Shown: in pieces, positions 10,383 through 21,112 of the stretch | Position numbering within the stretch: the first letter of the stretch is position 1 | Layout: every line of letters begins with the position of its first letter | Assembly: GCA_051652765.1 (NCBI GenBank) | Contig: JBOFUV010000097.1 | Span: forward strand, 58,784 to 122,783 | Length of the DNA stretch: 64,000 nt | Reading direction: 5' to 3' | Origin: Microcoleaceae cyanobacterium | Lineage (GTDB): Bacteria; Cyanobacteriota; Cyanobacteriia; Cyanobacteriales; Microcoleaceae | The notes under the pieces: model-generated | Seen by the model: only the letters and a program-made list of their open reading frames with translations | The model's database searches: none | What the model was told of the DNA's origin: nothing | Position numbers and translations under genes: made by a program

Positions 10383-11483
10383 TTATCTAGAGTTAACTTT
10401 TTGCAACATATCAGATTGATAGAGCTGATCCAGGGTCTGATTTCCAGTACAGAATAGCACAGTTGCAAGTTCTGCCATTAGCATCTCAACCAAGGTGTAG
10501 ACAGCGGCTTCTGATTCGGCGGCAGCTTGCAAAAATGGCCAAGCTAAACCCCCTAAATCTGCTCCGAGGGCGATCGCCTTTGCGACATCTAGCCCATTGC
10601 GGAGTCCCCCAGACGCAATCAATGGAATCTGCGGAGCGACCTGACGGACGTTAACAATACATTCGGCAGTAGGAATCCCCCAATTTGCAAAGGTTTGTCC
10701 CAATCGCCGTTGGCGTGGATCAGTCCCCCGTTCGCCTTCGATTTTTGCCCAAGAGGTTCCTCCAGCTCCTGCGACATCAATCGCCCTCACTCCAGCATCC
10801 AGCAACTTCTGAGCCATGGGGGCAGAAATGCCATTGCCGACTTCTTTGACAATAACTGGCACAGGAAGGCAGGCACAAAGTTGGCCAATTTTACTCAGCA
10901 ACCCGCGAAAGTTGGTATCCCCTTCAGTTTGAATCCACTCTTGCAGGGGGTTCAGGTGCAGGATCAACGCATCGGCCTCTAACAGGTCAATCACTCGCAG
11001 ACATTCGTCCACGCCATAGCCGTAGTTAAGTTGGACGGCACCCAAATTGGCTAGCAGGAGAATATCCGGGGCCAGCGATCGCACAGCAAAGGTATTAGCA
11101 ACCTCTGGTTTTTCGACGGCAACCCGTTGGGAGCCAACCCCCATGGGAATCTGGTAGTGTTGGGCAACTTCTGCTAAACGAAGGTTGATCTGCTTTGCTT
11201 GTTCTGTCCCTCCGGTCATGGAAGAAATTAACAGCGGCGCACCCAACGCCTTACCCAGAAAAGTTGTCCTCAGATCAATATCTTCCCGATTCAGTTCCGG
11301 CAGACAGCAGTGTGTAAACTGATAGCGTTCTAGTCCAGAGGTTTGTTGACAAAACTGAACGTTTTCCTCCAGACAAACCCGCAGGTGATCTGCTTTGCGA
11401 CTCTGGGTTTGCTCTGGAGAAGTCTGGAGTTCTGAACTGGATAGATCTAAGTTAGGTGACCTTTGGGGGGCAGATCGGGACAT
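10383..11483 (-). CDS. fni: Type 2 isopentenyl-diphosphate delta-isomerase
   Basis: [42 protein letters not shown]. Confidence 0.96.
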   Translation of the reverse strand: MSRSAPQRSPNLDLSSSELQTSPEQTQSRKADHLRVCLEENVQFCQQTSGLERYQFTHCCLPELNREDIDLRTTFLGKALGAPLLISSMTGGTEQAKQINLRLAEVAQHYQIPMGVGSQRVAVEKPEVANTFAVRSLAPDILLLANLGAVQLNYGYGVDECLRVIDLLEADALILHLNPLQEWIQTEGDTNFRGLLSKIGQLCACLPVPVIVKEVGNGISAPMAQKLLDAGVRAIDVAGAGGTSWAKIEGERGTDPRQRRLGQTFANWGIPTAECIVNVRQVAPQIPLIASGGLRNGLDVAKAIALGADLGGLAWPFLQAAAESEAAVYTLVEMLMAELATVLFCTGNQTLDQLYQSDMLQKVNSR

Positions 11484-11594
11484 GGTTAACGGTAAATCGG
11501 TAGGGCTGGAGTTGGCGGTAAAGCTCCTTCAGTATCCCCTAATCTGACCTAGGCTGTTCACATTGCAATATCTTTCAACAGATGGTGTTGCCCC

Positions 11595-12131
11595 TCACTG
11601 ATTCCCGATGAGTTCTACCCGATCTTGGCCATCAATCTCTTCCAAGTAAACCCTCACCTCTTCTTCACGGGCGGTGGGGAGTTCCTTGCCAATAAAGTCA
11701 GGATGAATCGGCAGTTGTCGATGGCCCCGATCCACCAAAACAGCGAGGGCTATGGTTTCAGGTCGCCCATACTCATTTACAGCGTTCAATGCGGCTCGAA
11801 TCGTGCGTCCGCTATAGATCACATCATCGACTAACACCACGGTTTTGCCCGTCAAGTCAATGGGAATTAAGGTTTTGGCTGGAGTTCGCATGGCCACCCG
11901 CTCTAGATCATCACGATAAAAGGTAATGTCAAGGGCACCCACAGGAACTTGAAGTTGTTCAAGAAGTTCAATCTGATGGGCCAGCAACTTCGCCAAGGGA
12001 ACTCCTCGGGTGTGGATGCCAATTAAAACCAGGTCAGATAGATTGCCAGCCTTCTCAACAATCTGTGAAGCAACCCGGTTCAGAGTGCGGCGGAGTTCTT
12101 CGGCAGAAAGGATTTCAACGATTTTGGTCAT
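11595..12131 (-). CDS. pyrR: PyrR bifunctional regulator / uracil phosphoribosyltransferase
   Basis: [36 protein letters not shown]. Confidence 0.95.
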   Translation of the reverse strand: MTKIVEILSAEELRRTLNRVASQIVEKAGNLSDLVLIGIHTRGVPLAKLLAHQIELLEQLQVPVGALDITFYRDDLERVAMRTPAKTLIPIDLTGKTVVLVDDVIYSGRTIRAALNAVNEYGRPETIALAVLVDRGHRQLPIHPDFIGKELPTAREEEVRVYLEEIDGQDRVELIGNQ

Positions 12132-12192
12132 TGTTACGACGAGTGACGAGTTCCCTCAATTTAAAGCTGTTTGCTCAAGATTTCCAGATTAT

Positions 12193-12786
12193 TCAGTTAT
12201 CATTCTGGGATATCATCTGAAGATAGAGACCGAACCGCTCAATGGCAACTCTGAGAGCCGCATTGATGGGCATTCGCTGCTGGCCTAAGGTCGGGTCAAG
12301 GTTGGTTATCTGCTGAGTTGCCTCGGCAAAGTTCGGAGCATGAACGGTGCCCTGGGCGATCGCAGTTTGGGCATTTTTCAAAATATCGGGTACAGCAGTT
12401 TTGTGTTTAACACAGGCGGCTAGCTGTTCCTGACCAGACTTTTGAGTTACAGTGGCAAAGCCAAAGAGACGGCAGAGAGTTGGCCGCCAGGGATAGACCT
12501 GACAGCGACCCTTCTCCTCAATCAACGGGTCAGGCTGGTAAAAAACACATTGTCCTTGATATTCAGAAGCAGCAGCCTGATGGAGCCATCCTTCGATCTC
12601 ACCTCGCTGAAAAAGCTCTATTACCAAGGGCAGCATTTCCAGGAGAGTTGTCTCAACTTCGGGATTTTGGCAACACCAACCACATCCATTTGGACAGTGT
12701 AGATGAGTGGCTGCCTGGAAAGTCTCTACAGTTTGATCAATTCGAGTATAGGCATCCATCACCTGGGCAGCGATTGCAAGATCCAT
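12193..12786 (-). CDS. YkgJ-family cysteine cluster protein
   Basis: CPNGCGWCC..CVFY..GRCQVYPWRPTLCRLF; ATG at 12786 preferred over TTG at 12828. Confidence 0.85.
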   Translation of the reverse strand: MDLAIAAQVMDAYTRIDQTVETFQAATHLHCPNGCGWCCQNPEVETTLLEMLPLVIELFQRGEIEGWLHQAAASEYQGQCVFYQPDPLIEEKGRCQVYPWRPTLCRLFGFATVTQKSGQEQLAACVKHKTAVPDILKNAQTAIAQGTVHAPNFAEATQQITNLDPTLGQQRMPINAALRVAIERFGLYLQMISQNDN

Positions 12787-13066
12787 AGAGTTTTCGTCGG
12801 GATAAGAGTTTTGTGGGGATGAGATCAAGCATAAGCTGAAAAAATCTGCTGTAGCTATTAATTGTCAGTTGCAGTTTCAAGCTGCGAACTCTTGCTTAAA
12901 TCTAGGCTCTATCTGCCTGGAAATTGGGTATGACTTAGATTGTAAGCCGATCAAAGCGATCGCCAAACAGATGCTGAATGTGTCAAACTGAAAGTATACC
13001 TGAGCACAATCATCCCGGTTCCTCCTAGAGCAATTGGGAGTTGGCCTTGTGTTAACAGCAAATCTA

Positions 13067-13124
13067 TAGCAATCATTGCGGATTGATGAGATATCTGTGG
13101 TGTAGGGGTTAAGGACTTGTGCGG
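13067..13124 (+). repeat. Short dispersed repeat starting TAGCAATCATTGC
   Basis: Aligns by eye with the reverse complement of 14779-14846. Confidence 0.55.
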
Positions 13125-13324
13125 GCAGGGTGTCTATTCAACGTTAACGCTTCAAGTCAAATCGCCATATGGCCAGGTATACTTTTTAAAACTATCAGTT
13201 GCTGAGTACTTAAGCCGTTGCTCAGGAGCAAGGTCACTTTACTTCGATTTGTCAAAAATACTGTGGCAGACTATTGATAACCTGATCTCAACCCTCTTTG
13301 TCGAACCCTACGTTCTAAGAAACT

Positions 13325-13918
13325 ATGATTGAGCTCCTAGCTGCGCTTTCTGCATCGGCAGCAGCAGGGATAAGAATCGCTCTGCCTCTCTTGTTAATTG
13401 GTCTTCTGCGAGATGACTTATGGTCAAACGTTCCGCTCTTATCTGCCTGCCCTCCCCAGTTAATTGTAGGAATGTTGGTGAGTTGGTCTTTGTTTGAACT
13501 CTTTGCCTCTACAAAACTCCTAGGGCAACGAATTTTGCAGATCGTACAGCTTATATTCAGCCCAATTGTGGGGGCTATTATGGGAGTTGCCGTTGCTCAA
13601 ATTGCATTGCTGCCCCCTTGGCTGAGTTGGATACTGGGTCTCACTGGCGGGTTGCTCGCCCTAGTGTTACAACTGGTTCAAGCAGGCTGGCTATACCGTT
13701 TGCGAGGACTGCCACTCTGGGCGATTCTTGCACAGGATATTCTGTGCATTTCCCTGGTTGTCTTCGCCCTGGGTGATCCCCAACGGGGCGGGCTGATCGC
13801 TCTTTTGCTGCTATGGTTGGCAATCCGGAGTTCCAAAGAATGGTATCGCTGGTATAGGATTCAAAGACCAAGACATCCTCGCCTCCCTCCTCCTCAAGAC
13901 ACATATGGCCCAGACTAG
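13325..13918 (+). CDS. DUF4126-like membrane protein
   Basis: SASAAAGIRIALPLL start and multiple TM segments. Confidence 0.75.
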   Translation: MIELLAALSASAAAGIRIALPLLLIGLLRDDLWSNVPLLSACPPQLIVGMLVSWSLFELFASTKLLGQRILQIVQLIFSPIVGAIMGVAVAQIALLPPWLSWILGLTGGLLALVLQLVQAGWLYRLRGLPLWAILAQDILCISLVVFALGDPQRGGLIALLLLWLAIRSSKEWYRWYRIQRPRHPRLPPPQDTYGPD

Positions 13919-13920
13919 AC

Positions 13921-14529
13921 CTATTGAAGCTCATTCGGGTAGGGTAAGTCCTGATCCAATCCTTGCATTCGATTGATCGGCCAAAACCTTAGAATCGCCC
14001 GACCAATGATATTTTCCCGAGGAACATAGCCCCACTTACGACTATCGTAGCTATTGTTGCGGTTGTCACCCATCACCAAGTAGCTGTCGGCAGGGACAAC
14101 ATTTTCAATACCTGCTGGAGGCCAATCTTCATGGGGAAGCTCGGCAATGTAATCCTCGGGCAGAGCTTCTCCATTCACATAAACTGTGCCACCTTTAACT
14201 TCAACAGTGTCTCCCGGTAGACCAATAATCCGCTTAATGAAAGCATCTTTATATTGGCTCTTGAGCTGATCCGGTGGAGAGAAGACAACAATATCCCCTC
14301 GATTGGGCTCCTTGAAGCGATAACCCAATTTATCAATAATTAGGCGATCATTGACTTCTAGGGTCGGCTCCATGGAGCCTGAAGGAATATAACGAGCTTC
14401 GGCTACAAACGTTCGAATTCCTAAGGCTAAAACAATACTGAGTCCAACGGTCTTCAGCCCTTCAATCCAGGGATTTTCTTCTTGGGAGGGATTTCTCTTC
14501 TCTGGTTCTGGGTTGGGCACGCTACTCAT
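13921..14529 (-). CDS. lepB: Signal peptidase I
   Basis: IPSGSMEPTL, FIKRIIGLPGD, GDNRNNSYDSR; start may extend to TTG at 14550. Confidence 0.95.
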   Translation of the reverse strand: MSSVPNPEPEKRNPSQEENPWIEGLKTVGLSIVLALGIRTFVAEARYIPSGSMEPTLEVNDRLIIDKLGYRFKEPNRGDIVVFSPPDQLKSQYKDAFIKRIIGLPGDTVEVKGGTVYVNGEALPEDYIAELPHEDWPPAGIENVVPADSYLVMGDNRNNSYDSRKWGYVPRENIIGRAILRFWPINRMQGLDQDLPYPNELQ

Positions 14530-14827
14530 AGGTTGTCGATTCACAAGCAAGCTATCGGGATTAATCTATATCAAAAGCTGCAGAAACTTGAAACTCATAG
14601 ATTCCCTATAAGGCTGTCATCTCAAGCAATACAGATGGCTGCGCTAAATGCAGTGATGACTATTGTACCAAATTCAACCTACGATCGCCCATGCCTCCTG
14701 AACAAGAGATCGAAACTTAGACGCATTGTCGAGGTGAAGGCGGGCTCACTTAGAGCAATTTTATCATGTGAGCTTTAACCCGCGCAGGCTCGCACCCCTC
14801 CCTGTACTACAGGGACAGAATCTGAAT

Positions 14828-14865
14828 CAATCAGCAATGATTGCTATGGCAATCATTGCTGATTG
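14828..14865. repeat. Perfect 17-bp-arm palindrome (back-to-back repeat ends)
   Basis: caatcagcaatgattgc-tatg-gcaatcattgctgattg. Confidence 0.85.
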
Positions 14866-14994
14866 GTGAAATAGGTAAAGAATAATCTTTCTTGAGGACA
14901 CAGTCCCAAACCCCTCTTTAATTTTTTCATGACTGAATTTAGGATTGCTAGGTATAGCGCCAAATACAGTGACCAACTAACTTGGGGTAATGTG

Positions 14995-15906
14995 ATGAAG
15001 TATTCCTTGAAGTTTAAGTCCAACTCTCAGTTGAAACGATTTCCACTGCCAACCGATCAATTAAAACCCGGTGATATCATTGACAAAAAAGCAGGAGAAG
15101 TGATTTCTATTAGTGACTATACTCTCAACCTGCAAGGAGGATATGTTCGGGTTATTCTTGATGAATTTGACCCGGAAACTATTTCTGTAGAAACAGTTAA
15201 AGAACAATATTATTGTTTGAATCATGAGATTGAAATTACTACTGTTGAATTATTGTCTCAACCGACTACTACAGGTCAACAACTTTCTTTGTCCCGGCCT
15301 GCACAAGTCGATTTAAAAAAAGTTCCTTATCATACCCAATTAAATAATAAGTATGAACCGAGTGGCACTTGTAACGTTACCTGTGTAGCAATGGTTTTGA
15401 AGTATTATGAGGTTGATTCTCGCACAGCATCAGACTTAGAAAACAAGGTACAACTTGAAGATATTCTCTATTTAAAAACCAAAACCTGGGATGAGTTTTA
15501 TGGCTACACTGGTGGGACAAAAACTCGCCATGAACCCAGTTTTTTAATCAAACTTCTGCGAGAATGGGGGCAAAAGTACGGCAAGGGAATATTAAGAGAT
15601 TCCTACTTCAAAGCTGCTGCGACTGAAGAGGAAATTAAACAACATATTGCCCAAGAGAATCCCGTCATTATTCATGGGTATTTTACTCACTATGGCCACA
15701 TCATTGTAGTCAGAGGATACGATGATACAACCGGGGAATGGATTTGCAATGATCCCAATGGTAAATGGTTAGGAACGCCGGGTAAATATGATAAAAATGC
15801 CAGCGGTGAAGGAGTGCGTTATCGTTATACAAGTGTTCATGAGGTATGCCACATTGGGGGTGGTATTTGGTGTCATTTTCCAATTCCTCAAGTGCTGCAA
15901 GGGTAA
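14995..15906 (+). CDS. C39-like cysteine peptidase
   Basis: VPYHTQ..GTCNVTCVAM (Cys), GHIIVVRGYD (His), NDPNG (Asp); start uncertain (14929 or 14995). Confidence 0.85.
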   Translation: MKYSLKFKSNSQLKRFPLPTDQLKPGDIIDKKAGEVISISDYTLNLQGGYVRVILDEFDPETISVETVKEQYYCLNHEIEITTVELLSQPTTTGQQLSLSRPAQVDLKKVPYHTQLNNKYEPSGTCNVTCVAMVLKYYEVDSRTASDLENKVQLEDILYLKTKTWDEFYGYTGGTKTRHEPSFLIKLLREWGQKYGKGILRDSYFKAAATEEEIKQHIAQENPVIIHGYFTHYGHIIVVRGYDDTTGEWICNDPNGKWLGTPGKYDKNASGEGVRYRYTSVHEVCHIGGGIWCHFPIPQVLQG

Positions 15907-15907
15907 T

Positions 15908-17806
15908 TCAGACTTGGAACTGTTGAGTGGAGCGATTAGCGGAAGTAGATTGTTGGATCGGAACTTGAATCACAAATTCTGTCCCTTCTCCTAGAATTGA
16001 ATTGCACCAAATTTTTCCATGATGTTTTTCAGTCACAATCTGATAGCTAATCGACAATCCCAACCCTGTTCCTTTGCCAACAGGTTTAGTTGTAAAGAAG
16101 GGATCAAAAAGTCTTGCTTGAACCTGTTCTGAAATTTCTCGACCGCTATTCAGAATAGAAACTTTAACCCAATCTTTATCATCTATCTCGGTACGAATTT
16201 TGATGTGGCCGGGATGCTGCTTAACCTCCTCTAAGGATCGTTGCTGATTCCATTCCTCGATTGCATCAATGCCATTACTAATAATATTCATAAATACTTG
16301 ATTTAACTGGCTGGGGTAGCATTCAACCAGAGGCAATTCGCCATAATCTTTAAGCAATTTAATCTCAGGATGTTCTGACCTTGATTTTAATCGATTCCGC
16401 AGAATTAATAAGGTGCTATCAATTCCTTCATGAATATTCACGGCTTTCAGCGCCGACTCATCCAGGCGAGAAAAATTTCGCAAAGAGTTGACAATTTCCC
16501 GAATTCTTTCTGTCCCAACTCGCATAGATTTTAAGAGATTAGAAATATCTTGTTTGAGAAAATCCAACTCAATTTTTTCTAGTTCTGATTGAATTTTTTT
16601 CGGTGGATCGGGATAATACTCTTGATACAAAGCAATCAAGCCTAGTAAATCCTGAGTATATGCTTCAGCATAGGCCACATTCCCATGAATGAAGTTAACC
16701 GGGTTATTAATTTCATGGGCAACTCCTGCCACTAACTGCCCTAAACTGGACATTTTTTCTGCTTGAACCAACTGGGTTTTGGTACGTTCCTGTTCATCCA
16801 AAAGATTTCTAACGCGATGAATCAATTGGTTTAAGGCAGTCGTTAATTGTCCAACTTCATCATCTGTAGTAACGGGTGCTTGTAGACTAAAATCATCTTC
16901 TTGAGTGACCTCTTGAGCAACTTTTGTAGCAGAACGGAGCGGGCAAGAAATTGCTTGACTGATATAAAATGCAATCCAAGTTGCTGCAACTAGAGAAAGT
17001 AACATACTTGCCGTAAGAATTTTAACTCTTAATCGTCTCGCTTTTCTCAAAGCTTGATCGACTTCCTGTTCTTCTTCTCTGACTGTTTCAACTAGCTCTT
17101 TAATCTCATTAAAAAAGTAATTGACCTTGCTGACAGTATGATTCCCATAGTCCAGCGCCAAGAGGATTTTTTGATTTGCAGCAACACTTTCTGCAGTTCT
17201 GTTCGAGAGGTCAATCTTTTGAACTACAGTGTTGATTTGTTGTTGATAGCTTTCTAGCAAACCATCATATTTCCGATTTAACGTATTGAAAATTTCTAGC
17301 TCTTCATCTGTTTCTTCAACCAGTGGATTTTCATAAGATTTCGTCAATTGTTCCCAAGCCTCTAGAGCATTTTCAGAGTATGTCCGAAATCCTTGATAAG
17401 CATTTTGAAATTGAACTGGGTCATTCACCAAAGCCGTAAGCTGATGCTGATATTCTTTGGCTTCCAGGATGCTGGTTTGTAGATCAATAATTAGACTGAG
17501 TTCTTTATATAAATCTTCCTTTAAAAGATCTGCCTTCCGTTGTTGGGCATCTCCAATGGTAACTCCCAGCCAGGTTCCTAGGGTCGCCAGTCCTAATGGG
17601 ATAATGTAGCCCAGCCTAATCTTTTGGCCCAAACTGCGAACTCTGAGCCAAGGCAACAACATTTGACACTGAGTATTAAACCAACTTGGAACCTGTCTGT
17701 TCAACCGATGTCTCCTATGATACTGATGCAAATTGTGATCGCAATCTGATTTGAAGTGTGAACGTGGGTGGGCATCTTCCTCGCGCAGGCTAGAAGCCTG
17801 TGCCAC
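15908..17806 (-). CDS. Membrane sensor histidine kinase (HAMP, HisKA, HATPase)
   Basis: DEVGQL HAMP; LVAGVAHEINNP H-box; FDPFFTTKPVGKGTGLGLSI; true start probably downstream of 17806. Confidence 0.93.
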   Translation of the reverse strand: MAQASSLREEDAHPRSHFKSDCDHNLHQYHRRHRLNRQVPSWFNTQCQMLLPWLRVRSLGQKIRLGYIIPLGLATLGTWLGVTIGDAQQRKADLLKEDLYKELSLIIDLQTSILEAKEYQHQLTALVNDPVQFQNAYQGFRTYSENALEAWEQLTKSYENPLVEETDEELEIFNTLNRKYDGLLESYQQQINTVVQKIDLSNRTAESVAANQKILLALDYGNHTVSKVNYFFNEIKELVETVREEEQEVDQALRKARRLRVKILTASMLLSLVAATWIAFYISQAISCPLRSATKVAQEVTQEDDFSLQAPVTTDDEVGQLTTALNQLIHRVRNLLDEQERTKTQLVQAEKMSSLGQLVAGVAHEINNPVNFIHGNVAYAEAYTQDLLGLIALYQEYYPDPPKKIQSELEKIELDFLKQDISNLLKSMRVGTERIREIVNSLRNFSRLDESALKAVNIHEGIDSTLLILRNRLKSRSEHPEIKLLKDYGELPLVECYPSQLNQVFMNIISNGIDAIEEWNQQRSLEEVKQHPGHIKIRTEIDDKDWVKVSILNSGREISEQVQARLFDPFFTTKPVGKGTGLGLSISYQIVTEKHHGKIWCNSILGEGTEFVIQVPIQQSTSANRSTQQFQV

Positions 17807-18034
17807 AAGTCTTCTGTAATCCAGAGGTAAACCCCCAGAACGATATAACTTTAGTTTTAAACTTTAAACCTAACTTTTAGTTATAGACCCAAGAGCCTAG
17901 GGTTGGCGTGATAGAAGTTTGGCGATTGGAGTGATAAAGGTCACACTCCAATGGGTTCTATACCTCGGGACTTTCAACCTCTGAATTGTAGATTCGAGGC
18001 TCAAGCAGATTTTTTTGTACGATTGATATTTTTC

Positions 18035-18850
18035 TTAATTTTTCATGCCCGTTGTGGCAATGCCCCGAATAAATTGCCGTTGCCCAATCAGGAATAAAAC
18101 AACCACGGGCAATGTTGCGATCACCACTGCCGCCATCAAGAGTGACCAACTGCTCGTGAACTGTTCTTGAAATTCTGCTAAAGCGAGTTGTACGGTTCTC
18201 AGTTCGGGCCGAGTGGTGAACACTAAAGGCTTAAACAGGTCATTCCATTCTCCAATAAATGTAAATAAAAACAAGGTAATCAGGGCTGGGCGGGCACAGG
18301 GAAGCATGACGTGCCAGAGGATTTGCCAACGGTTGGCCCCATCTAAGGCTGCAGCTTCCTCAAGTTCGATAGGAACCGTCAGGAAATATTGTCGCAGCAG
18401 AAAAATCCCAAATCCATTCACTGCCGTGGGCAAAATCAAAGCGCCGTAGGTGTTGATCAGATGTCCCCACTTCAGAACCAAGAAAATTGGAATCACCAAC
18501 AGTTGGAAGGGAATCACCAAAGTTGCAATCACGATGAGTAAAATTGCTTGCCGCCCTCGAAATCTTAGCCTTGCCAGGGAATATCCCGCTAAGGCCGAAG
18601 TCAAGACCTGTAATGCGGTCACAGCGATCGCCACTATAGTAGAATTGGCAAACGCTAGCCAGAAATTCCCTCGCTGCCAAGCTTCTCGATAGTTTGCCAG
18701 GGTAAATTCCGGTTTTCCTGGGGAGCCAGCCGTTGTAAACGAAGTCCACAACACTACTCCCAAGGGCAAGAGGACAATTCCAACTCCAATCAGCAGCAAG
18801 CCCAGCCTGATAACCTGAGAGAATGTCAATCGGCTGATTTCTGTTTTCAT
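18035..18850 (-). CDS. Carbohydrate ABC transporter permease
   Basis: ELEEAAALDGA EAA motif, FIGEWND, QRQFIRGI; ATG at 18850 preferred. Confidence 0.92.
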   Translation of the reverse strand: MKTEISRLTFSQVIRLGLLLIGVGIVLLPLGVVLWTSFTTAGSPGKPEFTLANYREAWQRGNFWLAFANSTIVAIAVTALQVLTSALAGYSLARLRFRGRQAILLIVIATLVIPFQLLVIPIFLVLKWGHLINTYGALILPTAVNGFGIFLLRQYFLTVPIELEEAAALDGANRWQILWHVMLPCARPALITLFLFTFIGEWNDLFKPLVFTTRPELRTVQLALAEFQEQFTSSWSLLMAAVVIATLPVVVLFLIGQRQFIRGIATTGMKN

Positions 18851-19184
18851 AAGTGTTTCCAGAGTAAAGTTTAAAAGAGTTGAGCAAAACTTATCAAACA
18901 TGGATAGAAATTGTCGGGTTTCTTGACCCTGAAATGATTTATTCCAGAGAAAGAACACCAAACTGGTCAAATCTTCGATTAAATAGGTAAAGTAAAATAA
19001 TGTATGTTCAAAGCCCCTGACTCTTGATCTGACTTTGGATAGCCTTAGCCCCTGAAGTTCAACTGTTCTTGATCTTCCCTCTGAGGGAATTTGGAATCAA
19101 GGACGGTTTGTCGGTGCTGAGACTTGGAGCTAGAACCAGAACATTAGTACAAAATAGCAGTTTGTGATGAGGAGATAGAAAACC

Positions 19185-19880
19185 ATGCCACAGCTTGAAG
19201 CCATTGCAGAGCTAGATTTCCATTCTGATCTTTACAAAGATGCTTACAGTCGAATTAATGCCATTGTAATTGAAGGCGAACAAGAAGCCTACGATAATTA
19301 CATTAAATTGGGTGAACTTTTACCTGATCAAAAAGATGAGTTGATCAACTTATCTAAGATGGAGAAGCGTCACATGAAAGGGTTCCAAGCCTGTGGCAAG
19401 AATTTGGAGGTGACCCCTGACATGGGGTTTGCCCAGAAGTTTTTCTCAAGCTTGCACCAAAACTTTCAAGACGCTGCTGTAGAAGGTAAGATTGTGACTT
19501 GCCTATTAATTCAATCTCTGATTATTGAATGTTTTGCGATCGCCGCTTACAACATTTACATCCCAGTTGCTGATGCCTTCGCTCGCAAAATTACTGAGGG
19601 TGTGGTCAAGGATGAGTATATGCACCTGAACTTTGGGGAACAGTGGCTCAACGCCAACTTTGAAGCTTCACAAGCAGAACTGGAAGCCGCTAATCGGCAA
19701 AATTTGCCCATTGTTTGGCAGATGCTTAACCAGGTTGAAGAAGACGCAAAAGTTCTGGGTATGGAAAAAGATGCGCTGATCGAAGACTTTATGGTTTCCT
19801 ATGGAGAAGCCTTAGAGAATATTGGTTTCACAACCCGTGAAATCATGCGAATGTCTGCTTATGGCTTGAGAACTGCCTAG
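19185..19880 (+). CDS. ado: Aldehyde-deformylating oxygenase
   Basis: [41 protein letters not shown]; gaggag RBS. Confidence 0.98.
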   Translation: MPQLEAIAELDFHSDLYKDAYSRINAIVIEGEQEAYDNYIKLGELLPDQKDELINLSKMEKRHMKGFQACGKNLEVTPDMGFAQKFFSSLHQNFQDAAVEGKIVTCLLIQSLIIECFAIAAYNIYIPVADAFARKITEGVVKDEYMHLNFGEQWLNANFEASQAELEAANRQNLPIVWQMLNQVEEDAKVLGMEKDALIEDFMVSYGEALENIGFTTREIMRMSAYGLRTA

Positions 19881-19900
19881 AACGTTCTAGATCATTGGGG

Positions 19901-19932
19901 CAAGGACATGGTGTAATACCGTCATGTCCTTG
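19901..19932. repeat. Hairpin between ado and aar
   Basis: caaggacatg-N12-catgtccttg. Confidence 0.7.
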
Positions 19933-20002
19933 AAGATAAGTTCTGCATCTCATGCCCTCCGAAGTTATCATCTAGAATCTATCCAATTTTTGAAGTTACA
20001 CT

Positions 20003-21028
20003 ATGTTTGGCTTAATCGGTCATCTCACAAGTTTAGAACACGCTCAAGCCGTTGCAAAAGATTTAGGTTACCCAGAATATGCTGACCAAGGGTTGGATTT
20101 TTGGTGCAGTGCCCCGCCTCAGATTGTTGATGATATTAAAGTCACTAGCATTACAGGTCAAGTAATCGAAGGTAAATATGTGGAGTCTTGCTTTCTACCA
20201 GAAATGTTAGCGAGTCGTCGCATCAAGGCTGCAACCCGTAAGGTGATCAATGCCATGGCTCATGCCCAAAAGCATGGGATTAATATTACTGCCCTAGGCG
20301 GATTTTCTTCAATTATTTTTGAGAATTTTAGCCTAGAAAGTATCAAGCAGGTTCGGAACATCAAGCTCGAATTTGAGCGGTTCACGACCGGCAATACTCA
20401 TACTGCTTATGTGATTTGTCGTCAGGTAGAACAGATGGCTCCCAAACTTGGGATCAACCTATCTGAGGCAACGATTGCCGTTTGCGGGGCAACAGGGGAT
20501 ATTGGCAGTGCCGTTTGTCGATGGTTGGAAAAACGCACAGATGTTGGAGAGTTGTTGTTAATTGCTCGTGATCGCGATCGCTTACAAAATTTGCAGGCAG
20601 AGTTGGGACGGGGCAAGATTCTTAGTCTGGATGAGGCTCTTCCCATAGCAGATGTAATCGTTTGGGTTGCCAGTATGCCCAAGGGCGTTGAGATCAATCC
20701 TGAGAGCCTCAAAAAACCTTGTCTGGTAATCGATGGTGGCTATCCCAAGAACATGGTCACCCAGATTCAGCATCCTGGTATTCATGTCCTAGAAGGCGGC
20801 ATTGTAGAGCACTCTTTGGATATTGACTGGCGCATCATGAAAATTGTCAATATGAAAGCTCCGGCTCGTCAACTATTTGCCTGTTTTGCGGAATCTATGT
20901 TGCTAGAGTTTGAGAAGTTGTACACCAACTTTTCCTGGGGACGGAATCAGATTACAGTTGAAAAAATGGAACAAATTGGCCAAGTTTCCGTGAAGCATGG
21001 ATTCAAGCCCTTGCAATTGTCTGTTTGA
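20003..21028 (+). CDS. aar: Long-chain acyl-ACP reductase
   Basis: [42 protein letters not shown]. Confidence 0.98.
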   Translation: MFGLIGHLTSLEHAQAVAKDLGYPEYADQGLDFWCSAPPQIVDDIKVTSITGQVIEGKYVESCFLPEMLASRRIKAATRKVINAMAHAQKHGINITALGGFSSIIFENFSLESIKQVRNIKLEFERFTTGNTHTAYVICRQVEQMAPKLGINLSEATIAVCGATGDIGSAVCRWLEKRTDVGELLLIARDRDRLQNLQAELGRGKILSLDEALPIADVIVWVASMPKGVEINPESLKKPCLVIDGGYPKNMVTQIQHPGIHVLEGGIVEHSLDIDWRIMKIVNMKAPARQLFACFAESMLLEFEKLYTNFSWGRNQITVEKMEQIGQVSVKHGFKPLQLSV

Positions 21029-21112
21029 TTAATTTTGGTTAAGATTGGGTCTTGTACCGAATCTAGTTGGGGGCGTAGCGATTTAAAACCTGTTGATGAG
21101 ACCTTAAAAGTC

